A program made the position numbers and the translations under genes. The notes below the pieces were generated by a model that worked only from the letters and a program-made list of their open reading frames with translations, was not told the DNA's origin and made no database searches. 64,000 bases of DNA from Candidatus Heimdallarchaeota archaeon. Lineage in GTDB: Archaea > Asgardarchaeota > Heimdallarchaeia > Heimdallarchaeales > Heimdallarchaeaceae. Shown one piece after another: positions 1 to 8,900 of the stretch (positions are counted from its first letter, which is position 1; every line of letters starts with the position of its first letter). The stretch is taken from contig JAUVXV010000006.1 in the NCBI GenBank assembly GCA_030603365.1, forward strand, positions 110,306-174,305, in the 5' to 3' direction.

Positions 1-749
1 TTTGAATCATTCTGTAAATAATTCTCAACAGAATATTCTAACCATCTCTTTATTATAGCGTCCTTTATGAAAAATCTTGATTTTGCTAATTCTCTATAAG
101 TATAATGTCCCATTTGGATGAATAGTGTTTCTTCTCTCTCCAACTCAAACCAAGACATCTCTCCTCTTTTTCCCTTCCAAGCAGTAGACTTTGAACGAAT
201 ACTCTGATAATCCTCTAATTCTCCTGAAAGTAGAGTATTATTATACAATCCAAACAAAGCAAAAGATTCTTCTTTGAACTTAACACCAGAAGTTAGTTCT
301 TCCTGAAGATTTCTGTTACTTGCTATTTTGATATACTGTAAAGGTTGATCAATTATCTGATACCTGATTTTAATTAGAAGAGAGGTGAGTTCTTTATCCA
401 ATATCTCATCAGCTTCGATTTTCTCTTTTATTTTCAAAATTGCTTCTGGAGTTAGATATGAAAAGGATTTATCCTGCTGCTTTTCTACAAATTCCCTTAT
501 TATTTTGTGTAGTGAGATTTGTGCTGGTCCTTGTTTGATTCCTTTTTCTCCATAAATCATTAAAGGGTAGTAATAGTATAACCATTGCTTAGCTAGATAG
601 ACTATGGGTATATTATGAAATCCGTTTTGAGGATATTCATTAGGGTTTTCAATGATATAATCCACCAATGCAGATATCAGTGCAAATTTGTATGTACTGG
701 ATTTCTTCTCGCTAAATAGAACTGATTCAATTCCTATCAAAACTTCCAT
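1..749 (-). CDS. HNH-endonuclease-family protein, N-terminal part (runs off the left window edge)
   Basis: Not in the ORF track. Translated by eye from the ATG at 749: MEVLIGIESVLFSEKKSSTYKFALISALVDY...LAKQWLYYYYPL, open to position 1. The KSSTYKFAL/WLxYYYP N-terminus is typical of proteins with a C-terminal HNH domain, which is not visible here. Confidence 0.6.
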   Translation of the reverse strand, partial: MEVLIGIESVLFSEKKSSTYKFALISALVDYIIENPNEYPQNGFHNIPIVYLAKQWLYYYYPLMIYGEKGIKQGPAQISLHKIIREFVEKQQDKSFSYLTPEAILKIKEKIEADEILDKELTSLLIKIRYQIIDQPLQYIKIASNRNLQEELTSGVKFKEESFALFGLYNNTLLSGELEDYQSIRSKSTAWKGKRGEMSWFELEREETLFIQMGHYTYRELAKSRFFIKDAIIKRWLEYSVENYLQNDS

Positions 750-798
750 AGATTCAAAGAAGATTCTTTCAATAAAAATCTAGTGTAGTTTTATTATA

Positions 799-827
799 TA
801 GGTAAGAATTTAGCAAAATAATACCAT
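799..827. promoter_or_regulatory. Island dyad site 1 (TAGGT-N19-ACCAT), between divergent genes
   Basis: Followed by TCACAGAC. TATA-like TTTTTATT lies ~21 nt away on both strands (848 on +, 778 on -). Confidence 0.7.
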
Positions 828-874
828 TCACAGACATTTTAACCATTTTTTTATTAAGTTAAAAGCAATTTTAT

Positions 875-1333
875 GTGTCTCTAATGTCCGATAATAGCAT
901 TTCCAGAAAGGTTGATATAAGTTGGGGATTTGAGCTCACTATAATAGATACCCCGAACACATTATATAGTTCAGTTTATGAATCTGAAAGAACAGAAGAA
1001 GCTTTATTAGAGATGCTAAAAAATAAGAGAAATAGATATTTCTATATTGTTAGTACTCCGAAAATGCGAATTGAATCAAGATCTTTTATTCAGAAGTTAA
1101 TGCAATTAAAGGATAAACTAAGAAATTTTGAATTTGTTTTTGTTAAAGGAAACAAGGATCCTGATGAAGAAATATTAAACTTGGCTTTATCACTAAAATG
1201 TCCAGTTATTTCTAATGATAAATTTAAACAGAGACATTACGATCGGTTTAGAAATAAAAAAATTGAGATATGGAGATTCAAAATTAATAAGAAGACAAAT
1301 TGTTTGAAAATATATGAAAAATGGAGACTATAG
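875..1333 (+). CDS. NYN/PIN-fold ribonuclease (Zc3h12a/Regnase-like)
   Basis: IIDTPN...DPDEEILNLALSLKCPVISNDKFK matches the D..DD.IL..A.....ISND.F acidic motif set. The real start may be ATG 884. Confidence 0.7.
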   Translation: MSLMSDNSISRKVDISWGFELTIIDTPNTLYSSVYESERTEEALLEMLKNKRNRYFYIVSTPKMRIESRSFIQKLMQLKDKLRNFEFVFVKGNKDPDEEILNLALSLKCPVISNDKFKQRHYDRFRNKKIEIWRFKINKKTNCLKIYEKWRL

Positions 1334-1354
1334 TAATCAAATATGGGTGTTTAG

Positions 1355-2014
1355 ATGGTTTATCAAATAAGAAGGATAGAAGCAGAGGACGATATAGCAG
1401 GGTTAAGTCTTGGTTTAGCAATTCTCCTACCTGTTTATAGTTATGATTTACTATTTGGTTTTACTATACAAAAATCAGGTTCAGAAACTCTAAGAATCTG
1501 TAAATATAGACCTATAGAAGAAAAGATAAAGATGTATAGCAACATTGATTTTGCTAAACATGATATCAAAGAAGAACTATTGATCAAGATAACAGACTCT
1601 CTGGATTATGTTCTTGAAGAATATAGTACTTTAGATGAAATATTTGCATATAGGAAAAATCAAATTTTAGATTCAAGTTTGAAAGGAGGAAATTTGAGTA
1701 ACTTAGTGTATTCTGTTTGTTATTATGAGAATAAACGACACTTCGGATTTTGCTTTATGAGAGATGAGAGAGATGAGCCAATATTACGATTCTTTAGAGT
1801 TGATGTTGATTATGGATCAGTATATCCAAGATCTCTTAGAAAAGACTATTATGAAGAACATAGATACTTTGGAATATCTCTAAGAGATTTAAAATACCGA
1901 GATTTTATGAAAGCTTTACTTGAAATACTCTTAGAAACACTTGAAATTATCCAAGAAGGAGAACCTAGTTTCAGAGAATTTCATAAGTATGCTGATAAAT
2001 TCACACTCTTTTAA
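1355..2014 (+). CDS. Hypothetical protein
   Basis: 219-aa ORF 21 nt downstream of the NYN gene; no motif recognised. Confidence 0.7.
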   Translation: MVYQIRRIEAEDDIAGLSLGLAILLPVYSYDLLFGFTIQKSGSETLRICKYRPIEEKIKMYSNIDFAKHDIKEELLIKITDSLDYVLEEYSTLDEIFAYRKNQILDSSLKGGNLSNLVYSVCYYENKRHFGFCFMRDERDEPILRFFRVDVDYGSVYPRSLRKDYYEEHRYFGISLRDLKYRDFMKALLEILLETLEIIQEGEPSFREFHKYADKFTLF

Positions 2015-2022
2015 TTTTTTGT

Positions 2023-2406
2023 TTATAAATTTTCTCTTCTATAATTCACATCATCTTCATGTTGATCATCAAAATCATTTTCTGATAAAAGAACTAGATC
2101 AAATTTAGCTCCAGATTGAAAATCAAGATGAACAACATTGTAATTGCTTCCAGGATAAACATTATCAGCTTTAAAATTTGATTTTAAAACTGAAATTAAT
2201 CTAGGATAAAAAGACTCTTCTGAAGGATTACCTGTAACAGAGAATATTACATCCATATCACTATCTGGTCTGTGTGTCCTAAGAGCTCGTGATCCAGCTT
2301 GAGCTATTCTAGAAATTTTCAGATTTGATTTTGTCATTACATTAACTATACTCTTCCATAGTCTATGATAATGAGCTTCACTATTCTTATTATTATTAAA
2401 TGTCAT
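2023..2406 (-). CDS. Minimal Pol-beta-superfamily nucleotidyltransferase (SMODS/OAS-like core only)
   Basis: AQAGSRALRTHRPDSDMDVIF (hGS...DxD) and a third acid in KFDLVL; only 127 aa. Confidence 0.8.
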   Translation of the reverse strand: MTFNNNKNSEAHYHRLWKSIVNVMTKSNLKISRIAQAGSRALRTHRPDSDMDVIFSVTGNPSEESFYPRLISVLKSNFKADNVYPGSNYNVVHLDFQSGAKFDLVLLSENDFDDQHEDDVNYRRENL

Positions 2407-2508
2407 GACAAAGTAATTGTTATTAAATTATAAAAAGCTTTAGAATTCCATTGCAGTTATACTGAAAACACATACAACAAAACCAAGTTTTTTAGATGCA
2501 ACAAGATT

Positions 2509-3279
2509 CTATTTGAAAATAAAGGTTTCATCAATTGGATTAGTCTTTATCTTCTTGTATGCGTTTTTCGATTCACTTAAAAGAAATTCTTTTTTTGGGA
2601 AACTGAAATTATATGAAACTAGTGATCTATTCCTAGAATCAAACAATTGCAGATTATCCTTTAGTTCAGAATCTTTAATATATTCAAAAAACAACTTCAG
2701 AGAATCTGTAAAAGTTTCAGGTTCATTGCTTTTGAAACAACGTACTAGTATTAATTCAATTGCAAAAGAAGGAATATTTCCAGTATTAGGAGAATTTTCA
2801 GGTAAATCTCTCCAATATTTTAGAATTCTAGCAGATCCTTTAAACAGATCACCATAACCTGCTATTTCAGCAACTTCTTTCATTGATCTTTGTGCTCTTC
2901 CCAGATCATCAGTTAAACCATATTTAGTTGGTAAAACATCCATATGAACTCCTCTTACAGTTATATTTACTGATCTCTTACGTATTATAGATTGTGTTGT
3001 AGAACAGCCTTTGAGAGTTGTTTGAAATCTTTCTAATATTTTTTCCATATCTTGTTTTGGGGAAAGCAGAACTACAGCATCAAGATCACTTTGTCCTTTG
3101 ATTCCTGTTCCCTTACCTATGGAACCACATTTCCAAATTTCTACCTTAAGGATATTCTTATTACCATCTAGACATTTGGAAACCGAATTTAAAGCTGCAT
3201 TATAATTTCTTATATCAGATATACTAGGTTTCAATTTCTTTGCTAAACTGACTAATCTATCTTCAAAACTCATTTTCAA
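2509..3279 (-). CDS. OAS/CD-NTase-like (SMODS) nucleotidyltransferase
   Basis: GSIGKGTGIKGQSDLDAVV, HMDVLP, RILKYW and PSFAIELI are the OAS/CD-NTase N-lobe and C-lobe signatures. Confidence 0.85.
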   Translation of the reverse strand: MKMSFEDRLVSLAKKLKPSISDIRNYNAALNSVSKCLDGNKNILKVEIWKCGSIGKGTGIKGQSDLDAVVLLSPKQDMEKILERFQTTLKGCSTTQSIIRKRSVNITVRGVHMDVLPTKYGLTDDLGRAQRSMKEVAEIAGYGDLFKGSARILKYWRDLPENSPNTGNIPSFAIELILVRCFKSNEPETFTDSLKLFFEYIKDSELKDNLQLFDSRNRSLVSYNFSFPKKEFLLSESKNAYKKIKTNPIDETFIFK

Positions 3280-3283
3280 TTCC

Positions 3284-4213
3284 TCAACTATACTTCTTTA
3301 CAATATTCCTTACTAAGGATTCTAGTTCTAATAAATCTTTTTGGACGAATTTTTGTTCACTTTTTTCCTGAGGATGTATAAAAAATGTCAAGACTTTATT
3401 AGATGCTAGCATTGAATCCTTATCAATAAAGTTTACAACATGCTTATCAAATAAATGGTGAATAATACTTCCAAATGTTTTAGTTTTAAACAAGTCAACA
3501 AGGAAATTTGAGTAATTATCTTTTAAAACACTCTCCATAGAATATCTAAAAAGAAATGCTCCAATTGCTAAACCATAGTCATCGTTCCTATTTATTTCTT
3601 CTATTGCTAAATCAATCATACTGTTTCTTCGTTCTTGTACTAATTGATTTTCTATGAATTTTATCTTGTTCTTTGCTTCGTGTATAAGGTATGGTGAGGT
3701 AAGAATTGCTTTTATCTTTAGTTCGATTTCTCTCAATTTCTTCTTATACCCATTTTTAACAGAATTACTAATTATATTATCTTGTTCAGATTCTTCATTT
3801 AATTCTGTCAAAATATAGAAATCTTCGTATTTTCTATGATATAAAATTGTTTTCCCTTCTTGATTTCTCTTTGAATAACCCCAATCAGTAAAGTACCAAG
3901 GTTTCTTAACTAGAATCATATTGAAAAGACTTTTTTTATCTGAAGGACTTGTCAATTCTTGAAAAAGCTGATAGAGATAATCTTCTGAATATTTCTTCAG
4001 ATATGCTGCTGTAGTTATTTGCCAGTGTATAAACTGTTCAAATAATTTATCACTGAGAAAAATGTCAGAAATTACTGGCTGAATTTTTACATAATCAGAA
4101 TTAGATGATTCATCTCTTGTTGTCAATGTAAGCTTCTTAATACTCTCAATTAGCAAATCATTTATTTCCTGAAATTCCTTAAGCTGTTCCGCAAATAGTG
4201 TTACAATATCCAT
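3284..4213 (-). CDS. Protein with C-terminal DUF4145/HEPN-like domain
   Basis: GAFLFRYSMESVLK...FGSIIHHL...NKVLTFFIHP resembles the HEPN (R..E, late His) pattern; the catalytic Rx4-6H motif is degenerate. Confidence 0.5.
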   Translation of the reverse strand: MDIVTLFAEQLKEFQEINDLLIESIKKLTLTTRDESSNSDYVKIQPVISDIFLSDKLFEQFIHWQITTAAYLKKYSEDYLYQLFQELTSPSDKKSLFNMILVKKPWYFTDWGYSKRNQEGKTILYHRKYEDFYILTELNEESEQDNIISNSVKNGYKKKLREIELKIKAILTSPYLIHEAKNKIKFIENQLVQERRNSMIDLAIEEINRNDDYGLAIGAFLFRYSMESVLKDNYSNFLVDLFKTKTFGSIIHHLFDKHVVNFIDKDSMLASNKVLTFFIHPQEKSEQKFVQKDLLELESLVRNIVKKYS

Positions 4214-4281
4214 CCGTTTTAAGCTCCGTCTTATAATAACTGATGTTAAAATTATACTTACTAGTTCATTAATGTATTTTG

Positions 4282-4701
4282 TTATTTCCTGAAATCATCA
4301 ATTGCTTTGTTAGCTAATTTATCTGCTTCTTTATTTTCTTCTCTCCGAATATGAGAATACGAAACCTTTTCAAAATAAGTTTCTTTCTTTTTTACTTCTT
4401 CAAAGAGCTCTTTTAGTTTTTCATTTCTTATTCTATATACACCTGTAAGATGATTAACAAGTAATTCAGAATCACTTAGAACATGTACTTTTCCTCTACA
4501 AACGCCTGCACACATGTCAAGCCCATAAATTAATGCGTTGTATTCAGCTTGATTATTTGTTAAACGGTTTCCAAGATATTTTGAACCTTTTTCTAATATG
4601 TTTCCTGACATATCTTTAATTATAAATCCTCCACCAGCTTTACCAGGATTACCTCTAGAACATCCGTCTACAAATAATCTAACCTCAAAACACTTCTTCA
4701 T
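4282..4701 (-). CDS. rnhA: Ribonuclease HI (archaeal/RNase_HI-like)
   Basis: FVDGCSRGNPGKAGGG, TNNQAEYNAL, SDSELLV, HIRREENKEADKLAN. The ATG at 4701 is preferred over the track's TTG at 4728. Confidence 0.92.
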   Translation of the reverse strand: MKKCFEVRLFVDGCSRGNPGKAGGGFIIKDMSGNILEKGSKYLGNRLTNNQAEYNALIYGLDMCAGVCRGKVHVLSDSELLVNHLTGVYRIRNEKLKELFEEVKKKETYFEKVSYSHIRREENKEADKLANKAIDDFRK

Positions 4702-4756
4702 CTCGAGTATACGTTTTTTAGGAAACAAATTAAAGGTTTTACTAAAATAAATGATA

Positions 4757-4785
4757 ATTGTAAAAAATATCTATAAAATTACCTT
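4757..4785 (-). promoter_or_regulatory. Island dyad site 2 (AAGGT-N19-ACAAT) upstream of the RNase HI/NTase cluster
   Basis: 19-nt spacer; TTTAATTT ~23 nt downstream on the - strand. Confidence 0.6.
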
Positions 4786-4896
4786 TTATTCTTCAAATTC
4801 CTAAATGTTTAATTAATAAAGTTCTAAAACTAAATAGGTAAGAAGAACTTAAAATTATGGACTCGGAGAGATCAGTATACCAAATAAAAATTCTAG

Positions 4897-5931
4897 CTAA
4901 CGTTCCAGATCTCTTAATTTCTGAAAAATTTTATCAGTCAGAATTTCTCTTTCTTTGCTATGATGAAATCTTTGATGGCAATTTGGACATACAGCAACAA
5001 CATTATCGGGAGAATCTGTTCCACCATCACTTAAGGGAACCAAATGATGTATCTCTAAAAAAGGTTCCTCATTTTCAGTTATGAAAGGCGCTGGACTATC
5101 GCAGCATTCACACTTACCCTTTGATCGTATCTTAGCATACTTGCGGACATTATGATCCCTTAAGTATTGTATAGTTTCAATTGTACTTTTCCTGATATTT
5201 TCTAGTTTGCTTCTTATGATTTCTAACAGATCACCCAAGTTTTTTTCTTCAACTATTTGTTCGATTAATTTCTCATAACTCTGAAGAATATCAGTAGAAA
5301 CGGCACTAGTGTCATATATCATTGATTTATCTTCATTCTCAGCGATATTAACTAACCAAGGATTAACCAATCTTAACAGATTTGTTTTCATTTCTATAAA
5401 AGTTTCTTCGTTCAGAACAGGATGTAGAAGTTTGATCTCTTGTGGAATGCTTAATTTGTAATAATAGTTTCGACCTCTCTTTCCTTTACTTAGAAGGCCT
5501 TCTTCAATTCTCTTAGTTATCTTATAAACTCTAAAAATAGCTAGATATCCTTGTTCTTGATTCTCAAAATAATTAAATGGAGCAATTGGATCCCAGACTT
5601 GAAAGAATCTGTTGCACAGATTTTCAAACATTTCATAATTAACATTAACCTTTAGATAAGAATCAATGAAGGCAACATATTCCAAAGGGAAAGGTTCATT
5701 CAAGATACTGTTTTCATTTAATGAACCTAAAGAAGATAGTTTGAATGTTGCTTTTGTTAATTTAGTATCAAGTAAGAAAGGACCGATATGAGGATTCATT
5801 TCCTTTTTACAGAGCAGTATTTGATGGTTTTTATATAAATTCTCAAAACCAAATGTCATAGAAAAGATATTTACAATCTCATCGCGTAATGCATATATTA
5901 GTTCCATGACATTCACCTTACTTAGTCTCAA
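4897..5931 (-). CDS. HNH endonuclease (McrA-like C-terminus) with a DUF1802/PUA-like N-terminal domain
   Basis: CECC...LEIHHLVPLSDGGTDSPDNVVAVCPNCHQRFH. The N-terminal QILLCKK/FLL/LAIFRVY pattern resembles DUF1802 (weaker call). Overlaps the dptH-like stop by 4 nt. Confidence 0.8.
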   Translation of the reverse strand: MRLSKVNVMELIYALRDEIVNIFSMTFGFENLYKNHQILLCKKEMNPHIGPFLLDTKLTKATFKLSSLGSLNENSILNEPFPLEYVAFIDSYLKVNVNYEMFENLCNRFFQVWDPIAPFNYFENQEQGYLAIFRVYKITKRIEEGLLSKGKRGRNYYYKLSIPQEIKLLHPVLNEETFIEMKTNLLRLVNPWLVNIAENEDKSMIYDTSAVSTDILQSYEKLIEQIVEEKNLGDLLEIIRSKLENIRKSTIETIQYLRDHNVRKYAKIRSKGKCECCDSPAPFITENEEPFLEIHHLVPLSDGGTDSPDNVVAVCPNCHQRFHHSKEREILTDKIFQKLRDLER

Positions 5932-8900
5932 ACATTCTTTACTGACCTTCCACCATGTGTTGTTGATCGAGGTCTTATTTTTATTTTCTTCATTCCCATT
6001 GTAAAATCTAAGCGGTTTGCTTCTTTAGCCCATATTAGTGCCTCACCTTTCTCAAGATTAGAAAGTTCTTTTATGTCAACATCTTCCATGCTACTTAGTT
6101 TCTTCTTAAGAATTTTCAACCAATCTGGAACAACAGTTTTATGAATTATTACAATTTCAGAAAGCTCAATTATTGTATCAGCTATAGATTTAGGATCTTG
6201 AGATGATACAACTAGAGAAACTCCTCTATGTCTTACTTCTCTATTTAATGTAACTATTTCTTCTTTCATTGAAGTTGAGAAGTATTTGTGAGCTTCATCA
6301 AACACTATTAATTTATTCCCCTCCCCTCGTTCAGATGCTACTCTAGCAAAAATCAAGAATAAGGACATAGCAGTATTCTTATCCATTAGTTTTTCTCTAA
6401 CATCTACAATAACTGTATCACCCTTGTTGATGTACTTAAATGCATGATTTTCTTTAGAGATATATCTCCTGGCAAGATTAATCCTTCGTTTTGCTAATTT
6501 CTTTTGATTTAGACTTAATTCATCATCTTCTTCAACAAGTTTTAGTAAATTGGTAGGTGTAAGTTCACTCTCTCCGTAATATAATTCATTCAGAAATTCA
6601 TGTATAACTTGAATATATAAGGAATCATTTGAATCAGCAAAAAGCAACAGTCTCCAGCCATCAATTCCTAAGTCTTCAGGATGGAAGAAAAGAGGAAATA
6701 CATCGATTTTTGATTCATTCTCATATATTTTCTTTTGTTCTTCATAAGATCTAGGAGTAACAAACACCTTGATTTTCTCTAGAGGAACTGCATGTTGGTT
6801 ATATTTCAATAACAAAGCATTCAATTCGTCTTCATTATCGTTTTTATCAATTAAGCTTAGATATTCAGGGGCATATGAAGTGTCTTGATGAAAATGGAAA
6901 ATTATGGTCTGGAGTTTAGAATGAATATTATTCAAACCAGGAGGCAAATTTTGAGCAGCTTCTATAATTACTCCTGTTGTATAACTCTTACCACTTCCTT
7001 TAGCTCCCAGTATTACTGTAGTCAGAGGTTCATTCATGTTTACTGCTACTTTCTTATTCTGATATTCTCCAATAATGCCCCATTCTTCAGCAACACTATC
7101 ACCAGTTGTACCAAGCATTATTTCTGGGTCCAAAACTGGTGCAATACTTATTTCCGCTGTAACTTCCTCTAGCTCATCTTTTAATTTTGTTACTGGTTCT
7201 TCAACTTCAATTGGTTTTATTTCCATTACATCTTCTAGTGTTTCATCTTCAATAACTTCAAGTGCAGTAAAACTTTCTTGAGATGTTATTATAGGAGTTT
7301 CTGTTACTGCTTCTAATGCTTCTTTTTCAATTACTTCAATTTCATCCACAATATCAAGTAGAACAGCTATTTTCTCAAGTCCAAATAAGAAAATTCCATC
7401 CAGTTCTAATTCAGGATCTATATCTTCTGCAGAAACATAAGGGTCAAAACCAAACACTTTGCCATACAGCAGTTTATTTTCTGTTTTATAACCAAAAAAT
7501 GTCTCATAATTCTGTCTTTGAATTTTTTCAATGACATCTATAAGAAATTCATGTACAATTAATGCTTTATCTGTTTCAAAATATCTAAAGAATCTTCTAA
7601 CATTTTTCTCCAATAATTGAGCTAATTCTAGATCTCTCAAACTAGAATTATAATCTCCAAATCTATGAAATCTATGTTTAAGGATGAGATATGCAGATTC
7701 AATTTGTTCCTTAGCACCTGATATTACATCTCTTTTACTTGCACTTTCACCATGCTTAGCTTCAATTGGAATCATAGTTATATTTATTTTCTCAAGATCT
7801 TGTCCATCTCTCTCTATTACGATCTCAAGCAAATCATCACTTAGTTTAGAGAATTTCTCAGAATCATCATTTTTCCAAGCTTCGATATAATGATAATTAG
7901 AAATCACAATTCGGATTGATTTTATATCTCCATTTTCAATTTTCACTAGAGGTTGATTTTGATTCCCCTTTAGTAGTTCGAATAGTGCTAGTACTTCTCC
8001 TAACTTTCCTGTTAAATTTGGATATTCATCCTTTAGTGCAGATAATGCCCAACTCCCTGCTAGATAGTTAAGAGACGATAGCAACATGTTCATTGTTTTT
8101 TCTTTGTGTATCTCATGTTGACAAAGAAGTTTTAGCTGGTTTTTCATAATGGCCAATATATAATCAATTTGTTCAGTTGTGACTATAACATTGGAATGAT
8201 TAATTTGGCTTTCAAATGGTGGAGAAAAATCTATTAAATATTCAACCTGGTCATTTAAAGCACGATCAAATAACTCAACCCCTAGATCTTGATCAATAAA
8301 ACATGCCCAATCAGTGTTTTGATGTAATGAAGTTATAATATCTTTCATTTTAGGCTCAATCTGTAGCATCAAAGATAATAAATTATTCTCATCATAGGTT
8401 TGATGAATTGACGCTGAAAAACAAGTCATTGTGTGAAGTAGTTGGTTATATATTACAGTAAAATCAGAATCAGAATTTGGAATTGCTTGAATATTGTTTG
8501 TTGGATATGTAAACATACCTCTATAAAATCGACTATCTGAAGGATCAAATTTGGTATCATAATAGCTAAATATACTCGATTGTGTAGAACTAAAACGATT
8601 TGCTTTTGGAGTACTAACACGTATTGAATCATGAAAAATACCAGAAATGAATGTCAAATGGGAATACGGAAGATTCTCTATCACTTTTATAGTCTCACTT
8701 AGTTCACTTCTTTTGTCAGGTGAAACATTTGAAATAACGTATGAGATGGAACTCATCATTTGTGCTTCAAAATCATTAGGATTAGGCTTCGAAAAGAATT
8801 CTACAAAACTTCTTCCTAATTCATAACTAGGAACATCTTCTCTTGAAAAAAGACTGATATTATATTTGAGTTCCAAATCACGATATCTTTTCTTTCTGTT

